Source: a virus (lineage: Duplodnaviria > Caudoviricetes). From it: a DNA stretch of 59,244 nt. Positions 17,931-27,729 of the stretch are shown piece by piece. The notes below the pieces were generated by a model. The model did not search any database. It saw nothing but the letters and a program-made list of their open reading frames with translations, and had not been told where the DNA came from. Position 1 is the first letter of the stretch; every line of letters begins with the position of its first letter. Made by a program: the position numbers and the translations under genes. The stretch is taken from positions 1 through 59,244 of IMG/VR virus record IMGVR_UViG_3300042922_001463; one strand, written 5' to 3'.

Positions 17931-18494
17931 CTAATGGGCGGCGACCACCCGAAGCGGGGCCGGCTTCGACGCCGACTGCGAACGATACTGGACCGTGGCC
18001 GCGCGTGCGATCGCTGCCTCCACGCCCCGATTGGTCAGCTTCGCAGCGTATCTTGGCATGAGTTCGGCCGTCTCGGGCCACCGCAGGAACAGCGCGACCA
18101 ATCCGCTCGCCAGCGCCGTCTCGAACGCATCGCCGAGATCTGGCCGGGCGGTCCGCATCTGCGTCAGGTCGTCGAAGAACCTCTGATCCTCCGCGCTGGT
18201 CGCTCGCAGCTTCGCGGTCGGCTTGCACAGCTTTTCCGCCAGGATAGTCGCCTGCTTCCTGTCCGCTGAGATGTCGCTGATGGCGAGCAGCATCTCGACC
18301 GCGCTGGGAACCGCGGCCGGATCGGTGACGAACTTCTCCATTGCCTCGTAGTGCTGGCGGAGGTTGTCGGCGGCTGCCTTGTAGCGGACGGCAGCGGCGC
18401 GCGCGTGCTCACGTCGCGTGGTGATCACGTGCCAGCCCAGCGAGATGATGGCGGCTACGAAGACATAGGCCCACATATCATCCATTTGCGGCAT
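17931..18494 (-). CDS. Membrane-anchored moron protein
   Basis: N-terminal TM (WAYVFVAAIISLGW) then helical domain. Confidence 0.65.
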   Translation of the reverse strand: MPQMDDMWAYVFVAAIISLGWHVITTRREHARAAAVRYKAAADNLRQHYEAMEKFVTDPAAVPSAVEMLLAISDISADRKQATILAEKLCKPTAKLRATSAEDQRFFDDLTQMRTARPDLGDAFETALASGLVALFLRWPETAELMPRYAAKLTNRGVEAAIARAATVQYRSQSASKPAPLRVVAAH

Positions 18495-18844
18495 CGTTTT
18501 CGTCTCGTCTTTCGAGGGCCCTATTGCCAGAACCCTGTGTCCGCGACAACCTTTTCCGAGCCTTCTCGCGCACGGCGGCGCCGCGTTCGCGTTCAATCTT
18601 CTCAACTTCGAGGGCCGCCAGCCGTTCCTTATAGGCGTCCGACCGGTCCCTTCTCCAGAAATAGGCCCCGCCGAGGAAGACGACAATCGTCACCGCGAGA
18701 TATTGATCCAGCCCGGCGCGGATTAGCACGCCAGTGAAGACCAACAGTGATCACGACAAACGCGTCTAGGCCATCCAGTCCGAGCTTGAGCATCGGGCCT
18801 AGGATGCTCTTCAGTAGGTCCACGTCGGCCCTCGGCTCCGGCAT
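18478..18844 (-). pseudogene. Frameshifted membrane protein gene
   Basis: ORF MPEPRAD...AFVVI and ORF LLVFTGVLIRAG... join with a one-base shift at about 18748. Confidence 0.55.
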
Positions 18845-18959
18845 CGTGACGCAAGGATGCGGCCTTCGCGCAAAAATTGCAATGCCTCATGATACCTACG
18901 CCAATCGGAGGATGTCAGAGGAGCGCGGGGCTCATACGCCTTGGCGTCGCGGCGCCTGA

Positions 18960-19691
18960 CTAGGCGGGATTGGACGGGCTGAGATTCGTGCCGGCGACGG
19001 CCTCGGTGAGTGCCGCCGACATCTTCGAGATCAGCGTATGGAAGCGCTCGAAGGCGTCCGGCCCCGTGATCCCGAGCCGCTCCGCATAGCGGTCGATAGC
19101 AGTGAATGGGATGCCGCCATGCGGGCCGGGCGTCCGGTCCGACAGCAGCGTCCAGAACGCCTTCCATTCGAGCTCGAGGTGATCCGCCAGCGCCGGCCGC
19201 TCGGCGAGCGCCTTCGGCGTCACCCCCTCCTCGCGGCCGAGGTCTTCCAGCCACTGCAGCTGGTCGCCCCATGCCACCATCCAGCGCAGCATGGCGGTCA
19301 GGTTGCTCGCATCGGCTTCCAGCGAGGCAACGCCGCGATCGGCGACGATCCCGCCGGCCGCGACGCAGGCGCCGGCCAGATACTCGCCGATCTCCGGATC
19401 GGTCAGCAGGTCGACGGTGCAGGGTTCGTCCAGGCTCCAGTCGACGACGACAGTGCGGACGAGCACCTCCGCGAGGATCCTCGCCGAGACTTCCGGCGGC
19501 ATCTTCTCCTTGTGCTCGTCCGGGAGCTCCCGAACGAGTTCGCCGCGCAGCTTCGCCGCCTCGGTATTGCGCAGGCTGCGGGCCTTGACGTCGAGGCTGA
19601 TGCCGAGCTCGTCGAGAACGATGCCCTTCACCCACGCCCCACCGGCGGCCTTGACCTTTGCCGCCCTGAGATCACCGACCTTCAGTTTCAC
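18960..19691 (-). CDS. Tail assembly chaperone, G- and T-like parts in one frame
   Basis: After tail tube; VVDWS in G-like half; WKAFWTL...IPFTAIDRYA T-like half. Confidence 0.75.
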   Translation of the reverse strand: MKLKVGDLRAAKVKAAGGAWVKGIVLDELGISLDVKARSLRNTEAAKLRGELVRELPDEHKEKMPPEVSARILAEVLVRTVVVDWSLDEPCTVDLLTDPEIGEYLAGACVAAGGIVADRGVASLEADASNLTAMLRWMVAWGDQLQWLEDLGREEGVTPKALAERPALADHLELEWKAFWTLLSDRTPGPHGGIPFTAIDRYAERLGITGPDAFERFHTLISKMSAALTEAVAGTNLSPSNPA

Positions 19692-19870
19692 GAGGTCTTC
19701 TCCTGCTTAGCGGCGGGCTTGGCCCAGCGCGCGTGCTTCTTGGCGACGATGAGCTCGGCGTAATCCGCCGGCACATCGTCGGGAACGGAGAGGGTCTCGC
19801 CGGCGGCGAAGTCGCGCCGGCGACCCTCGGGGTAGCCCGTGAAGGGCTCCACGATTTCGACCGTCTTCAT
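19688..19870 (-). CDS. Small virion-region hypothetical protein
   Basis: AGGA RBS, MKTVEIVEPFTGY; overlaps next start codon. Confidence 0.6.
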   Translation of the reverse strand: MKTVEIVEPFTGYPEGRRRDFAAGETLSVPDDVPADYAELIVAKKHARWAKPAAKQEKTS

Positions 19871-19896
19871 GGGGATGTCCTGTTGGGCGCGGTCCA

Positions 19897-20823
19897 TCAG
19901 GCGACGGCGCGCGTGATCTTCACCGAGCAGGCCTCGGTGGCGTCGAGGACGGCGCGGTACGGAATCGACATCATTACGTCGTCGTTGTTGCCGCCGATCT
20001 GCTTGGCGCCGTCGAGGAAAATGATCTTGGGCAGCAGGACCGTGTATTTCTTGCCGCTGTCCTTGCCGATGTTGAAGCTCAGTGCGCCGCCGCCGTGGTC
20101 GAGCACCGCCTGGTAGAGCGCCTGGCTCTCGAAATAGGCCTCAAGGGTGCCGGTGCTGTCGAAGCGGCCCGCGCCGAACTCCTCCGTATACAGCGAGCCG
20201 ACCACGGGCCGTTCGCGGAGGTTGTTGTTGAACTCGAGGTTGAGGCTCCGCACCTTCGGCACCGGATTGAGACCGGCGACGGCCAGGGCCGCGACATGAG
20301 CGGAAGACGTCAGGATCGGCTCGGTCGTCGCCGCCGTATAGGTGGCGCCGGTGACGATCGCCGAGGCGAGCGTCTCCTTCTGGCCGACCAGTCCGACCGA
20401 ACCGGTGACCTTCGCGCGCGCCGCGATGGCGAGGGAGAAGGTGTTGACGGTGCAGCCGGTATAGCGGTGGAAGCTGTCGGTGGCGCCGAGCTCCAGCGTC
20501 TCTTCCACGGTGAAATACTTCGGGGTGATGCCGTTCTTCAGGACGTTGGTGGTCCAGGTGCCGCGCAGCGCCGCCTCGAGCATGTCGTCGAAGGTGCTGT
20601 AGGAGAATTCGAACGGATAGGCGCCGCTGACGCCGAGGCCCAGCAGACCTTCGTCGGGCACGTTGCGGTCAGCCCGGAGCTCGTCGCTGGTCTGCGTCGT
20701 CTTGTTGGTGCGCGGCCCGCCGCCGGTGGTGCGGAAGGTCTTGAAGGTCGGGGTGGCCGGCGTGGCGCCATACGTCGCCTCGGCGACATAGGCGATCCGC
20801 GCCTCGCTCGAATTGGCAGGCAT
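19897..20823 (-). CDS. Major tail tube protein
   Basis: IAYVAEATYGATP, SDELRADR, GTLEAYF motifs. Confidence 0.88.
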   Translation of the reverse strand: MPANSSEARIAYVAEATYGATPATPTFKTFRTTGGGPRTNKTTQTSDELRADRNVPDEGLLGLGVSGAYPFEFSYSTFDDMLEAALRGTWTTNVLKNGITPKYFTVEETLELGATDSFHRYTGCTVNTFSLAIAARAKVTGSVGLVGQKETLASAIVTGATYTAATTEPILTSSAHVAALAVAGLNPVPKVRSLNLEFNNNLRERPVVGSLYTEEFGAGRFDSTGTLEAYFESQALYQAVLDHGGGALSFNIGKDSGKKYTVLLPKIIFLDGAKQIGGNNDDVMMSIPYRAVLDATEACSVKITRAVA

Positions 20824-20847
20824 GGCAGTTCTCCGATGTGAGGAAAG

Positions 20848-21258
20848 TCAGCCGAGGAAGTCGGCGTCGTAGGCAATGGCGCAGCTCAGCGCCCAATAGT
20901 TGCCGTCGTCGTTCCGGTCATCGAGGACGGCGGGCGAAGCCCCCGAGGTGCGGACCGGACCGAAGTTCCGATGCCGGAAATGAGCGCGCAACTCGTCGAG
21001 CCAGGCGGTCCAGTCGATGACGCCGGCGCCGCGCGGGATCATCAGCACGAAGCGGATCGCACCTTCCTCGCGCTGTAGGTTTTCACCCGGCGCGCCGATG
21101 CTGGCGGCGCTCTCCTGTGCCAGTGGATACTGCACGGCGAGGAAAGGATCGCCGCCGGCCGGCGGCTGGAAGGTCTCGTTGGGATACTCGATCGGGGTGC
21201 GCGTCCAGAAGGCGTCCACCCTCTCCTTCACCGCGATCATCACCGCTGCCGAGGCCAT
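20848..21258 (-). CDS. Tail terminator protein
   Basis: YPNETFQPP...EEG...PRGAG pattern; position before tail tube. Confidence 0.75.
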   Translation of the reverse strand: MASAAVMIAVKERVDAFWTRTPIEYPNETFQPPAGGDPFLAVQYPLAQESAASIGAPGENLQREEGAIRFVLMIPRGAGVIDWTAWLDELRAHFRHRNFGPVRTSGASPAVLDDRNDDGNYWALSCAIAYDADFLG

Positions 21259-21260
21259 GA

Positions 21261-21935
21261 CTACCTCACCCTGATCACAATTGCGGGCTGGCGGCTTTCG
21301 CGTTCCATCCGAATGGCTGACTGCCGAGCGGGTTGATTTCGCATCGCCCGGCGCTCGGCGCGGTTGGCCGCACCGGGCACATAGCCGAGCAGCGGCGAGC
21401 GATAAGTGAACCGGATGCTGGCGACATTGTTGAACCGCCGGCGCGCCAGCACGGTGACCGCTTCATAGACGCCGTCCGGCGCCTGCTTCGAGAGACCGCG
21501 TTCGATCTTGCGTGCGTAGGGCTGCAGGTTGAGGAAGACGTACTCCTCCGCCGGCGGCACCTCGGCGCCGGGAGCGATCTCGACGCCGTCGGCATAGAAG
21601 GCGTGGCTATCCTGATATCGGCCGGTGAGCACCGGGGAGTGCTTCACCAGCATCTCGCCGACCCATTCGAACAGGTCGTTCAGCAGGTCGAACTCGAAGA
21701 CGATGACGCCATCGGGCTTCACGCTTTCCAGTGGTGCGCCGAGGCGGCCATCGACATAGGTCTCATGTGGCGGCACCAAGCCGGTGGCGCGGCGGTTGAT
21801 CTCCTGCGCCTCGGCGAGCGCCTGTCGGGCATAACCAGCCAGCCGCTTGCCGCGCTCCGCCGGCGGCTCGCCCTCACGGATCGCCAGCATGATGCTGCGC
21901 TCGATCGGCTCGATCCGCGTGGTGACCTTGGCCAC
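21261..21935 (-). CDS. Neck / tail completion protein (HK97 gp10-like)
   Basis: SPVLTGRY and PYARKIERGLSKQAPDG motifs. Confidence 0.75.
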   Translation of the reverse strand: MAKVTTRIEPIERSIMLAIREGEPPAERGKRLAGYARQALAEAQEINRRATGLVPPHETYVDGRLGAPLESVKPDGVIVFEFDLLNDLFEWVGEMLVKHSPVLTGRYQDSHAFYADGVEIAPGAEVPPAEEYVFLNLQPYARKIERGLSKQAPDGVYEAVTVLARRRFNNVASIRFTYRSPLLGYVPGAANRAERRAMRNQPARQSAIRMERESRQPAIVIRVR

Positions 21936-22294
21936 TATCCGCGGACCTGCAGGTCGATGCGGACCAGCTCGCCGCCGAGATAGATCGGCTCGGCAGCGAT
22001 CACGGCGCGGGCCCGGCCGGCCGACACCAGCGTATCGCCAGCTTTCGGCGGCTCCGGAGCGCCGGAAGGCCAGCCGGCCGCATTGATCTGCGTCGGCGAC
22101 ATCACAACCTCGCTGTCCCCTTGGGTGATGCCCCCCACAAGCTCGTCCGGCGCATAGCCGCGGAGCGTGATGCGAACGGTGACGTCGACGCTGTTTTTCG
22201 TCGTTCCCGACCAGGTGGAGCGACGCAGAACGGCGTCTTGGCCGTGACGTCGGAGTTGCTTGTCGAGCGCGGCGATGGCGGCGGCCGGCGTCAT
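21935..22294 (-). CDS. Head closure / head-tail joining protein
   Basis: Size, position, C-terminal LQVRG. Confidence 0.7.
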   Translation of the reverse strand: MTPAAAIAALDKQLRRHGQDAVLRRSTWSGTTKNSVDVTVRITLRGYAPDELVGGITQGDSEVVMSPTQINAAGWPSGAPEPPKAGDTLVSAGRARAVIAAEPIYLGGELVRIDLQVRG

Positions 22295-22298
22295 CGCG

Positions 22299-22898
22299 TT
22301 AACCCATCAACGGGGCCACGTAGGGCCGGAGCAGTTGAGCCGCCGTCGGGCTGGTCAGCCGGTCATCGCCCCCAGGCACGCGATAGGAGAAAGACCCGAC
22401 GTCTTCGACCGTTTCGGACTTCAGGAGTTCGTCCCTGTCGCGTGCGGTGTGGTAGGCGGCGGCCTCCAAGGCGACGGCCCGCTCAACAGGAAGTGGCAGC
22501 GTGCGAGAGCCGTCCGGCGAAAGGACAAACCCCGCCTTGTAGGTAACGTCGATGGCCTCGCGCCAAGCTCGGCAGCAGCCGGCGCGTCGAAACCACTGCC
22601 CGTCTGCCTCGTAGTCGGCCGGGGACAGGGCTGCACCGCCCAAATTGAACGTCACGACCTCGGTTATCGGCCCGCGAGACAGCATGAACTCCGCGCCGCG
22701 GATGTCGCAGCGCTCGAACGTCTCCCGATAGGTCTGCGAGGGAAAGATTCGGCGGCAAAAATCGGCCACGGCGGCCGAAGCGTGGTCGATGAGGAGCACG
22801 ATCTGCGGATCTGTCAGCGATCCGAAGTCGGCAAGGACCTTGGCGCGCTCGATCGTCGTCAGCGCCATCGATTCCGCAGGCGTGACGACGATCAGCAT
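22299..22898 (-). CDS. Head-tail adaptor (gp6-like)
   Basis: LTTIERAK...ASAAVADFCRR, VTYKAGF, LLRPY. Confidence 0.8.
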   Translation of the reverse strand: MLIVVTPAESMALTTIERAKVLADFGSLTDPQIVLLIDHASAAVADFCRRIFPSQTYRETFERCDIRGAEFMLSRGPITEVVTFNLGGAALSPADYEADGQWFRRAGCCRAWREAIDVTYKAGFVLSPDGSRTLPLPVERAVALEAAAYHTARDRDELLKSETVEDVGSFSYRVPGGDDRLTSPTAAQLLRPYVAPLMG

Positions 22899-22904
22899 GG
22901 TGCC

Positions 22905-23573
22905 TCAGTCCTTCTTGGCGCGCTTGGCGAGGAATTCAGCCTTGCCGTCGGCATCGAGGCCGTTGAACGCCTCGGCTTCGGCCTTCGAGAGCTTCTCGGC
23001 GACCTCTTTGCCGTCGGTGTCGAGCACCGAATAGCTGCCGCCACCGCGGTGAGAGGCTTTCAGGCCGATCGGGGCTGAATTCGCCGTCTTTCCGCCTTCC
23101 TCGCCGGCCTGACCCGCCTGCGCAGCGGCGATAGCGGCCGGCGCAGATGACGGCATCGGCGCTCCAGGAGCCGCAAGCGGCTGTTCCGTCACGCCGGATG
23201 CAGGATCGACACCGAAAACGGCTTCGGCGCCTTCCATTTCACGGACCAACTGCTCCTTGGCAGCGGCAACCATCTCGGCATGGACGAGATTGCCGCTCCA
23301 CGGAGTGCCAGAGCGCGCAATCATCGCCTTCAGTTCTTCATCCGAGGCGGCGGCAAGCTTGCGGTCGAACGCCGCGATCATGCGGCCGTCGAGCGCGGCC
23401 TTTGCCGCCGCCTCAGCATCGTCATTCTTGCTCGGCTTGACGTAGCCGGCTTCGACAAGGCCGTCGAAATGAGCATCCACAAAGGGATATTCGCGATCGA
23501 CGGCCAGTATTTCGGTGCTCATGCCGTCCACCGCATAGGGGAACGACTTCACCACGATGCCATGGCGTGCCAT
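22905..23573 (-). CDS. Hypothetical head-region protein
   Basis: Good codon usage; between capsid and adaptor genes. Confidence 0.65.
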   Translation of the reverse strand: MARHGIVVKSFPYAVDGMSTEILAVDREYPFVDAHFDGLVEAGYVKPSKNDDAEAAAKAALDGRMIAAFDRKLAAASDEELKAMIARSGTPWSGNLVHAEMVAAAKEQLVREMEGAEAVFGVDPASGVTEQPLAAPGAPMPSSAPAAIAAAQAGQAGEEGGKTANSAPIGLKASHRGGGSYSVLDTDGKEVAEKLSKAEAEAFNGLDADGKAEFLAKRAKKD

Positions 23574-23632
23574 GGGGCGAACTCCTCTGCTTCCGGGCGG
23601 ACTAGACGGCGCCGCTCAGGGCGCCGTCGTCG

Positions 23633-24058
23633 TCACACAGGCGGGTTGGGGGTCGGGCGGAGGTTGTTGCGACCGAGAAGCCAGACGGCCGCAATGGAGG
23701 CATTGCCCGCGTTGCCGCTCGGCGTGATCGTCGCGCGGATATACTGCTTGCCGCCGACATAACCGATCTTCCGGACCGTATCGTCGGCCGCGAAGGTGAA
23801 GCCGGCGTTCGCCAGCGTGCCGTTCAGCTGATCGGCCGGTACCGGAGTGGCGTCGGACAGGTTCGCCTGGTCGCCATGCTCGAAAGTCACGGCGAAGGTC
23901 GCGTCGGCATCGGCAAGACCGCCGATGAGAAGGGCCAGCGCGGCGGATTCAGCGCCGAGCCGGTTCAGGATCTGCGTGACGATCGGGGTGTTGTCCGCCA
24001 CCGCGGCTCCCGGAGAGATCGCTCGCTTCAGGTCGATATTAGAGATCAGGTCCCGCAT
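23633..24058 (-). CDS. Putative head decoration protein
   Basis: GGAGG RBS; follows major capsid; IGYVGGKQYIRA motif. Confidence 0.65.
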   Translation of the reverse strand: MRDLISNIDLKRAISPGAAVADNTPIVTQILNRLGAESAALALLIGGLADADATFAVTFEHGDQANLSDATPVPADQLNGTLANAGFTFAADDTVRKIGYVGGKQYIRATITPSGNAGNASIAAVWLLGRNNLRPTPNPPV

Positions 24059-24139
24059 CGCAGGAGCCTCCATGAGCAAAACGGAGCCAGACGCGCCGGG
24101 AGAGCCGGCGCGCTGGTCATTCCCGTCGATGAGAAAGGG

Positions 24140-25519
24140 TCAGCCCGCCGAGACGGCCTGAAGGGCGAAGGCCTCGAAGTCGACGACGTCGCCGCCGACG
24201 CGAGCACGGGTGTAGAACTCCACGAAGGGCTTCGAGGAGTAGGGATCGCGCAGCACGCGGATTCCGAGGCGGTCCACGACGGTGTAACCGGCGCGGAAGT
24301 CGCCGAAGGCCACCGGCAGCGCACCCGCCGCAACGGCCGGCATGTCGTCAGCGCGGCGGATGGAGTGGCCGAGCAGCATGGACGGCTGGCCCTCCTGCAG
24401 ACCGGGGCGCCAGATGTACTGGCCCTGCTCGTCCTTGAAGAGCATCACCGAGGCGACGGTGCCGCGCTTCATCAGCCAGTTGGCATTGGCGAGGTAACGG
24501 TCCTTCAGGCTGAACATCAGCCGGATGAGGCCGTCCGGCGTGAGGCTGGTGGCATTGCCAGACGCGACCTGAAGGATGGTGCCGCGGGCACCGTCCGCCC
24601 CTGCCGGGTAGGTCAGGATGCCGCGCGGCTTCTTGATGCCGTTGCCCGAGATGAAGGCCGTCGCACGCATGCGCGCGAACTTCTCCGACACCTTGCGCGC
24701 CAGCCAGGCTTCGATGTCGATGCCGGCATCTTCCAGCAGCTGCTGGGTGACCTTCGGCTTCGCATAGATCTCGAAGACGGGGATGCGCTGGACGCCGACC
24801 TGCGGGGTGCTGGTCTCCGGCCGGGCATCGGTCTCGCCGACCCAACCGGCACCGGCTTCGTCGGTGTCGATCGCGACTTCGAGCGCATCGGTGGAGACGG
24901 TCTCGTGGGTCGCGAGTTCGTCGATGGGCGACGTCTCATAGACCTTGGCGATGATGCGGGAGGAAACGGAGGTCGGCACAAGATAGCCGCCGTCCGGGTC
25001 CGAGCCCACCAACATCGCCTTCTGCTCGTCCTGCGAGAGGAAATTGACCTCGCGCCGGAGCGAATTGCCGAACGCCGCCTCATATGCCTTGTATTCGTCG
25101 ACGCTGACGCTTTCCGGCGTGAGGACCGTGGTCGACTTCAGCTCGCCGCGCCGGGAAAGCGCGACGCGCTTGAACTGAAGGGCATCTTCGATGCGCTTCT
25201 GGCCGGCGTCGCCGCCAGCGCCGGGACGATTCAGGCGCTTCTCGAAGCCATCGAGACGCTCGGCACCCGCCTTGGCGTCGTCGATGATCTTCTTCACGCG
25301 CTCTTCGATGGCATCGTGCTTCGCAGCGATGCCGTTGGTGAGAGCTTCGAGGTCCTTCTTGAACTGCGGGCTCTCCAGCAGCTTGGCGCCGGCCTTCTCG
25401 GCAAGGTCGCGGACCTCCTTGAGGTCCTTCTCCATCGTCGATTTCAGGCCGGCGACATCGTCGCCAAATTTCTTCACTTCGCGCTGCACATCCTGCAGCA
25501 CGTCATCGATCTCGGGCAT
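24140..25519 (-). CDS. HK97-fold major capsid protein
   Basis: Coiled delta domain, DGGYLVP, FISGNGIKKPRGIL, FGDF, RVGG. Confidence 0.95.
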   Translation of the reverse strand: MPEIDDVLQDVQREVKKFGDDVAGLKSTMEKDLKEVRDLAEKAGAKLLESPQFKKDLEALTNGIAAKHDAIEERVKKIIDDAKAGAERLDGFEKRLNRPGAGGDAGQKRIEDALQFKRVALSRRGELKSTTVLTPESVSVDEYKAYEAAFGNSLRREVNFLSQDEQKAMLVGSDPDGGYLVPTSVSSRIIAKVYETSPIDELATHETVSTDALEVAIDTDEAGAGWVGETDARPETSTPQVGVQRIPVFEIYAKPKVTQQLLEDAGIDIEAWLARKVSEKFARMRATAFISGNGIKKPRGILTYPAGADGARGTILQVASGNATSLTPDGLIRLMFSLKDRYLANANWLMKRGTVASVMLFKDEQGQYIWRPGLQEGQPSMLLGHSIRRADDMPAVAAGALPVAFGDFRAGYTVVDRLGIRVLRDPYSSKPFVEFYTRARVGGDVVDFEAFALQAVSAG

Positions 25520-25542
25520 GTCGCCCTCCGTAGTGAGGTGGG

Positions 25543-26268
25543 TTACCGGATCTGGTTGCCAGTCGAGCGGAGCTGCTCGAGCAGGGCATCCAGGCTCTTG
25601 CTCGCCCCAGCCTCACGCTGTGCGATGCGCGCCACCCGCGACACGAGCGCGGTGGCGGTTTTCCGAGAGAAGCCGCCTGCCTCGCGCAGGAACTTCTCCA
25701 CGTCGGAAAGGGTGTGGATGTCGTCGACCGACTTCACGCCGTCGACGAGCGCTTCCGGGTTCATGCCGAACAGCACGACGCTGACCTCCATGAGGTCGAG
25801 CTTCTTGATCGTGCGGTAGGGTTCCTCCGGCTTGGTGCCGATGGTGTAGTCCTTGGCGCGGTAGCCGATAGACAGGCCGTCGAGCTCGCCCTCGCGCATC
25901 GCGGCGTGGATCATCTTGCCGCGCTCGCTCTCGACGAAGAGGCGGCCTTCGACGCGGAGGCCGACGCTGTCCTCGCTCATCTTGGTCCACTTGCCGATGG
26001 GAACCATGTCCTCGGCGGAGCCGCCCCAGCCGCCACCATGCTGCAGCAGCATCTTGGGCAGCTTGCTCTTGGTGCCCCACTCCTTCAGCGTGGCCTTGAA
26101 GGCGCCCGGCTTGATGACGTCGCCGCCATAATCCTCGATGTTGAACACCGAGCCGTAACCTTCGAAGGTTCCGTCGGCCGCGTTGTCGGCGAACTTGACC
26201 TCGAAGCTGATGTTCAGGCGGCCGTCGTCCTTCTCCGCCGCCTTGAACTGCATAGGTTCACGGTTCAT
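25543..26268 (-). CDS. HK97 prohead protease
   Basis: FEGYGSVF, MLLQH, GLSIGY, LMEVSVV. Confidence 0.95.
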   Translation of the reverse strand: MNREPMQFKAAEKDDGRLNISFEVKFADNAADGTFEGYGSVFNIEDYGGDVIKPGAFKATLKEWGTKSKLPKMLLQHGGGWGGSAEDMVPIGKWTKMSEDSVGLRVEGRLFVESERGKMIHAAMREGELDGLSIGYRAKDYTIGTKPEEPYRTIKKLDLMEVSVVLFGMNPEALVDGVKSVDDIHTLSDVEKFLREAGGFSRKTATALVSRVARIAQREAGASKSLDALLEQLRSTGNQIR

Positions 26269-27538
26269 CGCTCGGTCGCTCCGGCTTCGGCGGCGTCGCC
26301 ATCAATGGGGTTCCGTCTTCCTGCACGATCGCGGAATTGGCGGGCATGCGGGGCCGGTTAATCCCGGCCACATACGGCATGTCTTCGAACTCGCGCGGCT
26401 CCTCCGGGAGCATCCAGCCGGCGTCGATGCCGGACTTGTAGAATTCGGCCCGGGTCTTGTGGTCGCCGCGCAGCATCTCGGTGTCGACGAAGCGCATGTA
26501 GAGGCCGCGGCGCCGCTCTTCCTTGGTGAGCAGCCAGCGGTCAGCGCTTGATTCCAGCCGGCGGTGTAACGGGCGGACGGTGTGATCGTGATGCATGAGC
26601 TTCATCTGCTCGGACGAAGCAAAGGTGGCGTTCTTGTCGCCGGTGTAGCCGACCATGATCGGCAGCACGCCCATGGCTCGGCAGATTTCCTCGATCTGGA
26701 AGCCGCGGGTTTGGAGATGTTGAGCGTCGACGCCTGACATTTGCTGCGACTGCCACTTGGCGGCTCGATCAAGGATCATCGTCCGGCCGGTGTTGTGGAC
26801 GCCGCGATAGTGAGCCTCGATCCACTTCCGGTAGAATTTGAAGCCAGTTTCATCGATCGTGCCGTCGATCGACACGATGCCGCCAGGTCGGGCGCCGTTG
26901 GCATGCATGCGGGCGTGGCTTGCTTCGGTCGCGATTGCGAGGCCCAAAGCTTCCCGGGCCAGCTTGATCGTCTCCAGCCCCATGAACCCGTTCCACGAGC
27001 CACCGCGGATGTGCCAGATCTCCCTTGAGGTGAAGGTCTGGCGTGCGCCGTCGGGCGCCGTAACTGTGTACGAGAGGGTCCAATCGGGGTTCTGTGTCAC
27101 CTCGACGTGGCCCGGCTGGAAGGGGATCAACTCCGCCACCTCGCCGCGCACCCGATTCACGAACACATAGGCGTTGCGGCAGATCGCCAGGTGAAGACCG
27201 ATGGTCTCGCGGAATTCGAAGCCGGACTGAAACTCGTTGGGCTCGGTCGACATGATGTCGGTGAGCGGATGTTCCGGTTCCTCCCGACGCTCGACACGGC
27301 TGACGACCGGTACCTTCCGGTACGGCTTGAACGGCACCGAGCAAATGCATTCCGCGATGATGGACGCGCAACGCAGGGCGGTGGTGACCTCGAGCGCCCG
27401 CTTCCACGTCACCGCGATGCCCGAGGCGGATTGGTGTCCTCCGAAGAGATCGCTCCAGATTTCCTCCGCAGCGCCGTATCGCGTGCCGGAATCGTCCTTG
27501 GCCTCAACTCCCAGCACACTCGACAGAAAGCCGCGCAT
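26258..27538 (-). CDS. HK97-family portal protein
   Basis: PNEFQSGFEF, IWHIRG, NGARPGG, EEICRAMGV; start re-called. Confidence 0.95.
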   Translation of the reverse strand: MRGFLSSVLGVEAKDDSGTRYGAAEEIWSDLFGGHQSASGIAVTWKRALEVTTALRCASIIAECICSVPFKPYRKVPVVSRVERREEPEHPLTDIMSTEPNEFQSGFEFRETIGLHLAICRNAYVFVNRVRGEVAELIPFQPGHVEVTQNPDWTLSYTVTAPDGARQTFTSREIWHIRGGSWNGFMGLETIKLAREALGLAIATEASHARMHANGARPGGIVSIDGTIDETGFKFYRKWIEAHYRGVHNTGRTMILDRAAKWQSQQMSGVDAQHLQTRGFQIEEICRAMGVLPIMVGYTGDKNATFASSEQMKLMHHDHTVRPLHRRLESSADRWLLTKEERRRGLYMRFVDTEMLRGDHKTRAEFYKSGIDAGWMLPEEPREFEDMPYVAGINRPRMPANSAIVQEDGTPLMATPPKPERPSDEP

Positions 27539-27729
27539 CAGCTGCGCCTCGCGCCAAGCACGGCCACGACGATGAACGCCATGCCCGCCGCGATTAACGC
27601 CGACGGCACGTGCATCATCGAGATGCCGGCCACGACGAGAGCCACACCGAGCACGGCAAGCGCGTCCCACACAATCGTGCGGGCTCCCACCGCGGCGGGA
27701 GCGCCCTCAGCATCATCCGCCATGCTCAA
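27538..27729 (-). CDS. Small two-TM protein upstream of portal
   Basis: Hydrophobic 63 aa, coupled to terL and portal. Confidence 0.65.
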   Translation of the reverse strand: MSMADDAEGAPAAVGARTIVWDALAVLGVALVVAGISMMHVPSALIAAGMAFIVVAVLGARRS

